Source: Octopus sinensis (lineage: Eukaryota). Taken from it: DNA of 38,863 nt. Position 1 is the stretch's first letter. Every line of letters starts with the position of its first letter. The notes under the pieces are model-generated. The model was not told where the DNA came from, did not search any database, and saw nothing but the letters and a program-made list of their open reading frames with translations. Shown one piece after another: positions 23,277 through 34,564 of the stretch. The position numbers and the translations under genes are program-made. Where the stretch lies: positions 1 to 38,863 of the forward strand of contig NW_021835654.1 of assembly GCF_006345805.1 (NCBI RefSeq), read 5' to 3'.

Positions 23277-23565
23277 AATAAAGTGTTCCTGAAATGAGAT
23301 AGGAGAATACCTCCGATAAAAATGAAATTCTTGCATTTTTGTAAAAATCTTGATCTTTTTGTTCTTGACAATCGCTCTGGAAATTTCTCATGTTGTAAAT
23401 ACTTAAGAATATCATTATATTCATTATCATCTTTGACTGCATTAGCTATTCTCATTTGCAAAAATAATAGTTACCGGCAGACAACAATTAAATGACATTT
23501 GAAGGTTAAAATGCAAGGCCAAATTGTTACACGTCTGGCGCCCGTTTCAGTTATGGCGCGTGACA
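23226..23565 (-). mobile_element. Ginger-like 5' end, duplicate copy
   Basis: TGTCAC terminus at 23565, ATG at 23455, 22-nt intron at 23289-23310. The spliced frame is open from MRIANAVKDDNEYNDIL to NDHET. Confidence 0.72.
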
Positions 23566-24237
23566 ATTAATTTCTAACTTCGAAGTGAAATTCAAAGCCT
23601 TTAAAAATATGTCAATGGAAGCTATGACTGTTTGTTTTGGCGGTTTCCTCTCATTGAAGCCATCCAGGACAAATTTAAAGAGTTGTTAGGTTTCGTTTTC
23701 CTTTACTGTTTGGAAAGTACACATATCAATATGATGGACAAAATTTTAAAAATGATTGAATTTGAAAAATTTTATCAAATCGAATCTTTCCTTCAGGGAC
23801 GTTGAAATTTGCTTTGATATCTAATCCAAAATTGGGAATTTACATATTAATTCATTGTTGATCAGAACGTTGTCTACTCTTAGATCTCCATGAAGCAAAT
23901 TCTACCGATAAAAGTAATACATTCCACTTGCGACATAATAAAAACATTATTTAAGCTAAAAAATTAGATAAAATTGATGATTATGAATGAGTTTCCATTC
24001 TCACGACCTCAACTATATTTGAAAACGTGCTGTCATTATTACCGATTACGAATGTTTGATGAAGAGATAATTCAAAGCCATACAACTGCAATGGCCATCA
24101 GATATGGTTGTTGTAGCTGTTGACAGCCAAATAATTCTGCTGGCCTTTAAATAGTCCCTCGGGGTAACACTCCTACGGCTACAAAGCCGGCAGATCCAAA
24201 ACGACCACACCATTTCCAGTCCACAGCGTCGGAATAA

Positions 24238-24385
24238 GATAAATATTCTCCAATTGAACATCAACGGAGTTCATGGATTTCAAAAACTTTATTATCTCAA
24301 ACAACATCGATATTGTCTTAATGCAAGAAAGCAAATTAAATGAAAAACATAAAATGCCGCCCTTTAAAGTAGTGTATACTAGTTT
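24238..24385 (+). pseudogene. APE endonuclease relic, duplicate copy
   Basis: Duplicate of 1183-1325. Confidence 0.6.
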
Positions 24386-25109
24386 TTTACTCAATTTAGG
24401 TTTTGACACATAAAAAAATATACAAACTATCAATAAATTCGGTGATGGCATACAGTGGGTGGGTAGAAGTAGCCAAAAATCTTGTATAACTCAAAGAGTA
24501 TACGTAATACTTAATATTTTCAACATTTAGAGATTCTTCGAAGTGGATTACGTGACTATGAAAGAGTTAATTCATGATTTTTTAAAACTTCTAAAAATTC
24601 GATGCGGATATATTGTAAATCGAACTTTTCTAAATGTTTAACGAGTATGTTTTGACGGCATGATCGATTATATTTCAATAATCAATCGTGATTGCTCCAT
24701 GTTATAAACAAATATCATCAATTGGTTCAAGATCTCGCCAGTCATTAAATCATGCAAAAATTAAATTTCATATAAAATAATTTTAGTTACCGGGCCAAAC
24801 ATCCCACAAAAAACTTAAGTCATTAATCGACTAAGAAATAAACAAAGTTTTTGGAAGGTGTTATCCAAACTTCCACCAACATAATTTGATTCTTAATCTT
24901 GTCGAAAACAAACAAATTGGGCTTGTTATTTTCCACGACGATGTCGGTCTTTATAAATGTGTTCACTTTGATTTCAACATTCTCATTCAACGATACAAAT
25001 TCTCCCAAGTGTGTTTTGAGTTTTTTATCATTGTTGAGGCCAAATTCTCAGCAAAAATGAAAGCATCTCACTAATTAATTGTGCCTCCTGACATAATCCC
25101 CATGTAATA

Positions 25110-26406
25110 TGTCACATGCCCTGTTCGTTACCATGCCCCGCTCGTTACCATTGCTCTAAATTTTTAAAATTTCAATTTAAAATATTTAAATGATTGAAAT
25201 ATATTTACTTATAATTTAAAAATTAATATATTATGGATTTTTATTTTTTCAATGCTTAACCATTATCATAAAAAACAATAAATTAAGCATGCTGTTTTAT
25301 CTCATGGTGTTATGGTTAGGGTAATAGGGTTAGGGTTAGGGTGAAGGTTAGGGTTTGGGTGAAGGTTAGGGTTTGGGTGAAGGTTAGGGTGAAGGTTTGG
25401 GGGGTTGGGTGAAGGTTAGGGTGAAGGTTAGGGAATTGGTTGGGTTTAGGGTTTGAAAAAATTTAAAGTAGAATTTTCGAATGGAGATACAAAGATTGTT
25501 CACATGAAAAGAATCAAAAAAGGACAAATTAATTTTTCGTTTTAAACTTCAGATCTATATATGATTTTAAAACTAAAAACTGGATAAAGTTTGAGTTTTT
25601 TATAAGAGATCTACAGATGATTTTAAACCTTTATCTTTTTACATTTCAAAAAAATGTTTTTAAAAAAACTAAAAACTGGTAGAGTTAATTATAAAACTAT
25701 CAAATTATGTGCTTTAAAGCGTTTCACACAATTCACATTTTTAAAATATTGTTTTAATGTGCTTATCAGTCCAAAATGGTTTGTTGTATAAAAATATTAT
25801 TTTAATTTATTTGTTTAAAGCATCTTTTAGTATATCATTAAATTGTACTCTAATTAACCTAATATATAGGTTGAATTTTATGTCGTTGTGATTGTCTATA
25901 CGGTGATCCTACCGGGACTACTATACGGAAAAGAGGGATGGTACTTCTTAAAAAGAAGGACACCATCTTAACTAAATTTGAAAGTCTCGCAGGTCGCTTT
26001 GAAGCTTGCTTACCACCAAAAAGTTGAAGATCCATCCCCTGTGGCTTGAAAGTAAATCCTCCATGGTCGGTGTAACTGTCGAAAAAGCTATAAGTGGTTA
26101 TAATCCAACTCAATTGTCACTGGGACGTACTGCAGAGGTAGAAAAGAAAAAAAAAAAAAAAAAAAATTTACTTGAGGGGGTCTCTTTTTTTTCTGGAAGA
26201 AGAAGTCGATAGGGTAGTCCTATTGTTTCATTATACAAAACTCCCCCCTAACTTTAACCTTCTCTGTTTCCAATAAAACTTCCTATATTCCTTCGTTGTG
26301 ATTGATTATTAATTTTTCTAAAAAATCGTGAAAATCATTAATCAATTATTTCTCAGAAATAATTCGGAGGTAACGAGTGGGGCATAGTAATCTGAGGCAT
26401 GTGACA
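25110..26406. mobile_element. Non-autonomous TGTCAC-TIR (Ginger-like) element, 1297 bp
   Basis: Termini TGTCACATGCC...GGCATGTGACA with about 40-bp imperfect TIRs. TSD TAATA at 25105-25109 and 26407-26411. The empty site, with a single TAATA, is at 2043-2047. Confidence 0.9.
25315..25454 (+). repeat. Telomere-like G-rich hexamer array (TTAGGG/TGAAGG/TTTGGG)
   Basis: About 23 hexamers, e.g. AGGGTG AAGGTT AGGGTT TGGGTG AAGGTT, located inside the TIR element. Confidence 0.92.
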
Positions 26407-27098
26407 TAATATCTTCTCAGATCTAGTGGCACAGTGATCGACGGTCTTCTTCCATCTCATTGCAGTGGGAACACACATTGATTTATGTCCTGCAAAAAAT
26501 TAATTTCTATCTTGCATGAGACAGAAAAACTTCAGACCGTGGTGAGTTATTGCCTTTGGCCAGCCAGTGACTAGAGTTTTGACATTCACCAAATCCTCCG
26601 TAGCCTTTTTATATAGGATGGAATGAAGACATTTTGAAAAAAATCTGGTCCAGTAAATACTTGTTCTGGGCACCGACCAACAGTTTTTGTCAAGTAAAAC
26701 TGATTCTTCAAGTAAATATTTATGCTTCGAGTACTTTTCAATTGTGGCTAGATAAGTTTGTTCCAGTATTTCGGCCTGAAGAATCGAAAAATTTCTTTTG
26801 CAGACACCACTTCGGTTTTTTAAATCCGTAAGAAATCCAAAAAAAATGCGTTCATTTAGAAAAGAAATTGAGTTCAATCTTCTTCCAAGATTGTTACGGG
26901 GGAGGTATAATCTTTATTTGTTTGCCAGTCGAAGGTTTATTTTGTATTCTGTTAATTTTGCCCGAATCGTATTGTCCACCATTTCATATTCGAATGGCTC
27001 GATATCAACTAATCCAATATAATAGTTGTACAATGAGAGACCGCGTCATTAATTGCTTTGAACAGGTTCACTCCATTCAGTTTGTATTTGCTAACCTT

Positions 27099-27521
27099 AA
27101 CCGCCCATCGCACAGATAAAGATTCCCGGATCTAGCCGGAATCGTCGAAGGCCAGATTGCCGAGTGAGCTCTTTCCCAGCCTGAGGATATGGCCAAAGTC
27201 GGAAAGAAAGTCACCTCTGTGAAAAGTTGTTTCGAAGAAGGAAAAGAGCCACATGAGGCTCGATGACTTTAAGCTTCTTGATTATTTTGGATAGATTTGA
27301 GATTTTTTCAGAAAGTGAGCTTTCAAGGGAAGAAAGACTGTAATTCGGATGTCGGAAAGAATACTTCGGCACGTAGAAGTTACGGCAGTGAACGGATTTG
27401 GATTCAGAATGAATGTTCACGATTTCGGATTTGTCCGCATTTATAGATAGAGAAGAGAGAGAGTGGAGGTTGTCGAAATCAACATCTATAGGACCATAAA
27501 TGGTTGCTTCATCTATGTACC
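27099..27521 (-). pseudogene. CRE RT relic, duplicate of 6010-6431
   Basis: About 94% identical by eye; ORF 27211-27420. Confidence 0.85.
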
Positions 27522-27526
27522 TTCAG

Positions 27527-27912
27527 TTGGAATTCTCGTTATATTTTAATTTTTTGATATCAGTCCTATTCAAAAGGTCCGATTTTTTTATAGTTCTCGG
27601 AGAAATATTCTTTTTTAATCGTGAAGAAAAAATCCTGGAAATTTGAGGTGCAGAAAAACAATGGGTTATCATAAATATAACGTAATATAGAAATTTTTTC
27701 GTTGATAAAAAGTCTAACACAACGACTCATCAAAAAATACAATTTAACGTGTGATGAAAATTTTAAATGTTGTTTAATTTAACTTACAATTAGATAAAAA
27801 ATTATTTTTCACAATACTTGAGGAGCGGATTCGAGAATCATTTATAGGAAATTTCAAATTTTTGATTAAAGCAAGCGGATTCGAAAAGCAGTGGATTCGA
27901 GAGGTTTCACTG
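27527..27912 (-). mobile_element. Tigger 5' end, duplicate of 8725-9060
   Basis: Aligns to 8725-9060 and ends in GGATTCGAGAGGTTTCACTG|TA. Confidence 0.88.
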
Positions 27913-28590
27913 TACCCGCTTCGCAGCCATTTGGACACCGAACCTGACCGCAACGCTATTTACGGCGAATTTCATTTCAACTTTCGATGTGGGTCACCTT
28001 CACGTGGCGAAAGTCGGACGCTGTGTTTCTCACTGCGACTAAAAGACCCTCTATATGCTCCCCATTGGATCCCTTTGATCTTCTGGCTGTCCTGGAAGTG
28101 GCGCTCAGCCTCTTCCATGAGTCACTTATTTTCATTTCATTGTATCAATCTATTCTATCCCTTTCTCACTTATTCATTCCCATGTCTTGCTGTCTATCAT
28201 GTAGCCATGTCAACGCCCGGAAACCTGACCGTCTTTGCGTTTCTTGTAATTAGTATTTTTACCTTTCCTGCGTCAAATTTACAAAGCGTGATTCGGCATC
28301 AATATTTGCATGGAAGTGTCCTATATGTCTCCCGCACTGTGCGATAGTCAAACCTCCCGCACGCTTTACTCTCATTCAACCTGAAAAATTTTTGTCGCTC
28401 TCTCGGAATTTCGGAGTGTTCTTCGCGTGATCCCTGCCAGGATCCCCAAAACGGCAAGAATTTGCGTTGCTGATACTCTGTCGAAACCTAATCAATCAGG
28501 TCAGAGCCTTGTGCAAATTATTCTCGTTTCCTTTTATCTGTTTTGGTGCGGCCCCGGGAAAACGGCGGCAGTAAATCGGATATCTGTGGC

Positions 28591-30730
28591 TCAGCAGATT
28601 AGCACTTTCCTAAAGGCAACCTTCGACTTACCATTGGTTGCGTCAGATCGCGGTACATCTAGCTCGGTCAGTTAAGAGCAAACTGATGCAGGGTTATGTC
28701 TCGACTGCTGTTCGCTTAATCTCATATACGGCATCAGTTGCCCCTCGTAAAGATTCTGTTTTAATTCTCTTCTGTTGAAATATCCTTCCGCTCCAGCTGA
28801 CATTTGAGAAACCCTCGGGTGATCAAATCTGCTTGCACTGTTTCTAATGACGTGCAAGTTTCTCTAGCTTCATTTCCGTTAAGTAGCAGTGGCGGATGGC
28901 CTAAAATCGATACACCTAAAGGACCTTGTCGCTCCCCTGGCAGGGGAATCTTGTGGACGTTTCCTGAAATCAATCGCATCCTTGTGCTGCAAAATTATTT
29001 TTGGTAACATCTAATCTTTTTGTACGCGATTTGCTGTTCTCGGCAAGCTTAACAGCTCTAAATAAAAGCCGAGGGAATCAGCGTCATCGCTGTGGGTAAC
29101 ACATTTAGGAGATTCGTTGCGAAAATCATTCATAGCGATGTTCTCTCTGATCTGAGCTCTCAGTTGCTGCCACGTCAGTTCGGCGTTGGTATCCGAGGCT
29201 CCTGTGAGCAGTGTTCCCTCTAAGCGAGTGGTAGCTATGCGCGCTGGGCACATTGCATTGTGCAGCGTTATAAAGTGACGTGTGCAAAAAATTTTTGGGG
29301 GGGGGAAATTTTACAATTAAAAAACCAATGGTTAAAAAATAGGTCTAGTCAATTGGATATTCTCTTCTGTTTTTATTTTGTATCCAAAATTTGTATACTC
29401 GATCAAGATCCACTGTATTCCCACTTGTTAAATAGAACTTGATTCGCATGATCATCTCCAAATGGTCAATCTCAAGTCTATTACGTAGTTTAGTCTTGAT
29501 ACAGTTCATCAAACTAAATCCACGTTCAGCATCAGCACTCGACGCTTGAAATGTGCCACAAATATCCACAAATGTTGCAGTGGCTGAAAATTTTTTCTCC
29601 GCTAGTATATAGTAAATTACATCTTCAAATGTTTTCAAAGCACCAGAGTGCAGTTTTCTTTTAAAATAAACTTGAGATCTGTATATTCCGACTGCAGTTT
29701 TATGAGTGGGACTTCTGAAGAGAGTAAATTTCATATTTTTTCGCTAATTTAATTATCTCCTCTTTTCCAAATTCAAAGTTTGTCTGATTTTGAATTGCTT
29801 GAGTGTCAAATGCTACCCATTCTCTTAATTCGTCAGCTGGAAATCTTTCTTGTAAATGCAGATAAACATGCTCGATAAAGCATAGGATTTCATCTGTATT
29901 TGTATCTCCATAACCAGTTGTTGATAACAACATCTTCACACTGTCACTCCAGTAAATTTCATTTCCATCCAAATATTGAGATTTCAGCTTCGAAATTTTT
30001 GCTCTGGCAAACTGTACAGCTTCTATGGTCGATATACAGCTTCTTTGGAAAACTGTGCACAAATCTGCTAATTCAGCCAAATTTTTCTTAAGTCTCATAT
30101 CAATATTATAGACACGTTTTCGTTTTGAAATGAAAATAAGAATATATAAATTCATATAAAAAATTAAAAAAATAGCAATTTTTAATATTATACTTTCTAC
30201 TGCGCAGAAAAAAATTTCGCTGCGCAGCAAGGTGCAAACTGCTGCGCGGCCGCGCACGCGCGCAGCTTAGAGGGAACACTGCCTGTGAGGCATCTGCCCA
30301 CGGAGTGAGGGGACTGGTCACTAAAGCCAACTCGAAAATCCCGTTCTTGTCAAGTTGGATGTGCGCAACGCCTTAATAGTGTTCGCAGGGACCACATCCT
30401 GAAAGTCGTTTACGCCCGCTGCCTGGCGTACTATCATACACGTGTCCCTCGAATTTTTATTTGGGAAAAATTTGCTAATCTCATCGTCTGGGGTTCAGGA
30501 AGGGGATCCATTAGGGTCCTTTCCTATTTGCCCTCGCAGTGGACCATATTGCCCAAAGACTGTCAATTCCGCTCTAATTTCTGGTATCTTGGTGATATCA
30601 CCTTAAATGGTGGGCTTGAATCCATAAGGAACGATTTTGTTGATATTATTTCGGGTTTTGTCCAAATCGGTTTATCTCTCAATGGTTCCTAGTCGGAGTT
30701 CACTCGGCTTTCCCCGACCACTCTCTCTTT
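28591..30730 (+). mobile_element. CRE-like retrotransposon RT region, split by a hAT insertion
   Basis: IAVGNTFRRFVAK..QFGVGIRGSCE|ASAH..VKLDVRNA(F)NSVRRD..GVQEGDPLG..WYLGDITL..IGLSLN. Confidence 0.85.
29209..30281 (-). mobile_element. hAT (Tip100/ZNF862-like) internally deleted element, 1073 bp
   Basis: Perfect 17-bp TIR CAGTGTTCCCTCTAAGC. TSD CCTGTGAG. C-terminal motif QASSADAERGFSLMNCIKTKLRNRL. Confidence 0.92.
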
Positions 30731-30749
30731 AAGACACGAGGGCCATCCG

Positions 30750-31080
30750 CAGACTATCACGGAACAAAATACTCCAAAATTGATGAATCGCAATTACTAT
30801 CGCCAAGAAAAGAACGTGTGATTCTCGCAAGATTTCACTGTGGACATCACCACTGCCTTGGACACAATTAAATAAGGAAAAAACTAGAAAGAAAACCCTG
30901 CCACGTGTGTAGCTCTAATCCGATTTCCGTCCACTATTTGTTTTTCTGTCCTGGACCACCGGCTAATATCGCTACACACGCAGAGCTAGTGGATCTCTGG
31001 GAGCGATCGGCCCACGCTATGCGTTACTTAATGACCGACGGCTTCCTGCATGTCAGGGAGTTTGGGGCTACTAACTAACT
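30750..31080 (+). pseudogene. 3' end relic of an APE-type LINE (C-terminal CCHC)
   Basis: RVILARFHCGHH..PCHVCSSNPISVHYLFFCP. Confidence 0.6.
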
Positions 31081-32216
31081 TCATAGATTTTTTCTGTAAT
31101 TTTATTTTTTAGAACGTTGCTATTTTTATCTTCTAAAACAGGGATGCGCAAGCTTTTTGGGTTTGCGGCCGCATAGCATTTTTTTTCCTTCTCTTCCACG
31201 GCCGCACATTTTCTGCATTATTTTTTCGATATTAATATAGTAATTTTTTTTAATTATTAAAAGTGACCGCATAAGTTGCCCATTGTCATCGAGACCGAAT
31301 GAGTTCTTGGACAGGAAATGCTCTCGTTCATCAGGGACATCATATTATTTAAATAAATAATTATTTCATGGACAAAAGATAAGAAAGAAGGAAAATTAAT
31401 TAAAAGAAATGTATTATACAAGTTATTCTAATGACAGCCAGGATCTTTGGTATTTTTTGCGAGCTTATTGAAATCCACTGGTAGGGTAGATATCATTATG
31501 CGCAAACATGACTCTAAGTTTGCATCCGTTATCCGAGATCTATATTGACTTTTTAAATATTTCATTTTGGAAAATGTAGACTCACATTAATATGTGCTTC
31601 CGAATAAAACGAGAATATTTCTTGCCATTTCACGTAAATTTGGATAATCTGTCGCTGATTTCCATACATTCAACAAATCTTCGCTTTCATTAAATTTATT
31701 TATCAAAATTAAATCATTTTTTAATTTCAATAATTCAATTTGAAATTCCAATGGCGCATTCTCAATCGAAACAGTATGTGGTGCTGCAGTTAATTGAAGT
31801 TTGAGTTCAATTTTTTTTAAATTCGTTAAATCGCTCTTTAAATTGTTTCAAAATATAATCGAATATAGTATGTCACAGTCCAGGGCTGCGAGACGCCAAG
31901 GCTGCGAGGTTTTGAAATATTAATAATTTTTTAAAAATTACATTTCTGAAGTTCTTTTGTTGATCTCTTCAAAAATATCTGAAATTATTAATTTTTTCTT
32001 AATTATTTCAGAGATTGTGATTTCATGAAAACCAACATATCACCAAAATCATTGATTAACGTAGCGTTTTTTGATTCTATTAAAAAATTCACGGAAATGT
32101 TTAACCAAACTAATTTTGCGACGAAATTTATTAACAATATTAATTAAAATTTATAATATTAAACTTATAAGACTAAACTAACTGACAGCCCTACGGGCAG
32201 ATCTTTCAGCTTGCTA

Positions 32217-32245
32217 CTAGAAGACCCTATGCGGCCTTCGGCCGC
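32217..32245 (-). other. Candidate Helitron 3' terminus (hairpin + CTAG|T)
   Basis: The minus strand reads GCGGCC-GAA-GGCCGC hairpin, 10 nt, CTAG, then T. No 5' end was identified. Confidence 0.4.
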
Positions 32246-32852
32246 GGTATTTTTGATACCCTAACTTTCTAGAGAGGTATTTTTCCAAAACATTCTCTTA
32301 GACTCAAAAAAATCAAAATCAAAAAATTAAGGAATTTAAGTTATTACAACTTTTTTACGCGGCTTATATGAACGGTGTTTTATTCTATTTCTCATCATCA
32401 AGAATGGTGATCATCTCTCCGTCAGTGTTTGTTACTTTATATTTTTTTTTGAAATTTGGTCGTACAGCGGATATTTTCTATTACCCACGTTTGCGTCCTC
32501 ATCGTGACGTATTAAAATCTCATCACCATGTTCAATTTCGTCGTGCTTCCATCTTCTTCGCTTTTTCATTTTTTTCGCCAGATTTAACAATATTCGCGAG
32601 GGCAATTTTTCGTTTTTCTTCACCCTCCAATTTTTTCGAGGCGAAGTAGAATGGATTTCCGCGTCTTCATTTTGACCATCGAACCTAATAGTGCTTCCAA
32701 TTTCCTTTTTTCGTATTTTTTGGAAAGATCGACATTGAAAAATATTTCGAAGGGTCTCTGCTTGTTGTATCGTGAGTAGAATTGTTGTAATCACGAACAA
32801 CATCTTTAGGAAATGGATGTAGCATCCAAAATTTCCTCTCGATCCACTAGAG

Positions 32853-33910
32853 CAGGCATTCTCACCCTTTTTTGTTCATCGCCCCCTTAGATATTTTATC
32901 GCCCCCTTGTCCACATACAATTTAAAAAATTTGGTCATTGTCCTTAATTGGTTGTTTTTGTATATAACTCAAAAATCAAAATAAAATAATAAATCAAATG
33001 TTAAAAAATTGAATTTTTATTAAAAATTATTAGTGAGACCCTGGATATTGATTTTACTCGCTAAATATTCTATGTCGGGTTTTATTCTGCTCAACTTTAG
33101 GCGTATATCGCCTCTATAACACACTTCCAGTCTATTTCTTTCACATTGTGTATTATGATTGACAAAAACTAATCCACTTTCAACTAAATAAGTGGTAGGG
33201 AATGTCAATAGTACATTACTCATTTCCTTCCATAAATTTGGAAATTTCATTTGTAGATCTTTTGATTGCCAAAATTTAGAGATACAATCCTGTTGAAATC
33301 TGTGAATAATTCTTCATTATATTTCAATTCAATTATCTCTGCTTGGATTGTTTCGTTCATATCTTCTGGCACAAATGAAAACGGATCAATCATCCATCAT
33401 GTACTGGCTTTGTGAATAACGATTTGATCGTTTTCTTATTTTCAAAATTGTATTCTAAATTTTGAAAATATTCAATCGGCTTTGACATTTATCATCCGGT
33501 GCTTGCGTTTTAGATGATCCTGTAATCGTGATGGCTTCATCGCCTCATTTGAGAAAGAACATTGACAAATAAAGACAATAAGGCTGTTTTGTATCTTCAG
33601 TACTTTGAATAAACCCATATTTTAAATATTCGTTTTGATAATGACGACTTTCTTATTTGAGCGAGAAGACATGTTAGATACCAAACAAGAATGTAAAAAC
33701 AGCGTGCTATTCTAATAAATTTAAGGATAAACCTATAGAAAAAATATTAATAAATCTGAAACATTATTAAAATTAACATGTATAAATACTTGTATTATAT
33801 TAAAATTCGAATATTTTATTAAATATATTATCGCCCCCTGTAAAAAGTTATCGCCCCCTGTACAAAATTTCGGCCCTAGGGGGGCGAATCGCCCCCGGTG
33901 AGAACACCTG
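32853..33910 (-). mobile_element. hAT Buster internally deleted element, 1058 bp
   Basis: TIRs CAGGCATTCTCACC / CAGGTGTTCTCACC. Perfect TSD CACTAGAG. N-terminus EYLKYGFI..EAMKPSRL and C-terminus FPTTYLVESG..RGDIRLKLS. Confidence 0.92.
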
Positions 33911-34564
33911 CACTAGAGGATGAGATCCATCGTTTTATTGACTGATTAAATCTATCTGGATTAAGCAACAAAAAATACCGTTCGACTTGTCCCTGTATCC
34001 ATGGAGCTCGTGGCCGTCCAGAAACATGAGAAATGTTATATTTTTCGCAAAGTTGTTCCATATGAGAATTTTTGAATTCCTTTCCGTTATCGGTATGAAG
34101 AATAATCGGAGGTCCAATTATGCAAAAATTCCATTCAGGATCGGGAAATCTTAATTGCAGATTTGCTAATGGCACTTTCTACTACACCGAATTTAATTAA
34201 AAATCAATTAAAACAAGTATCTGTTAATTATATTCAAAAATAATAAACCCAGAATAATTTTCATTTTGTGCAGAATATCGCCTTAAATCAACAAGATCTA
34301 CGATGTACCGGTCTCTCGTGCATAAGCAATGATAGGCGTAATTATGTTTGGTAGCAAGCATTCGTTTAGACTAAACTTGTTAAACTAAATAAATAACCTG
34401 ACAATAAACGCATTTAGATACCACAAGTGGCAACTTCACTACGTCTTGCACCATAAATCGTCAGTGACAATAACTATATAATTTATCTCGTCCAAAGTGG
34501 TTTAAATTGTGTTGAGCCTATTTAAATCAGGAAATATCAAACTTCAATGTATTTGAGCTTTAAA

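Larger units (their letters stand above)
23062..27098 (+). repeat. Segmental duplicate of 1-2716 (with a 1.3-kb insertion)
   Basis: Colinear alignment; near-identical for the first about 520 bp and about 95-97% thereafter. Confidence 0.97.
24820..27098 (-). mobile_element. R4-like relic, duplicate copy, interrupted by the 25110-26406 element and truncated by deletion
   Basis: Aligns to 1790-2716; includes CLMQDRN and NKPNLFVFDKIKNQIMLVEV. Confidence 0.85.

Noticed and set aside
25315-25454. True telomere or chromosome-fusion scar
   Set aside because: The array is internal to a TIR/TSD-bounded element, is on one strand only with no head-to-head junction, and is absent from the empty paralogous site.
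25859-26212. ORFs inside the 1.3-kb element as an integrase remnant (LHRPW resembling the GPY/F region)
   Set aside because: Only a 5-residue resemblance, with no supporting motifs in any frame; the lysine run is the poly(A) tract.
27862-28347. 161-aa ORF as a host gene
   Set aside because: It starts inside the Tigger end, crosses element boundaries, and is not conserved as an ORF in the duplicate.
29700-30257. 185-aa ORF as a host gene
   Set aside because: It begins in the hAT subterminal region and continues into frameshifted transposase sequence.
4347-30730. Telomere-targeting (MoTeR-like) behaviour of the CRE copies
   Set aside because: None of the CRE insertions is in or next to TTAGGG repeats.
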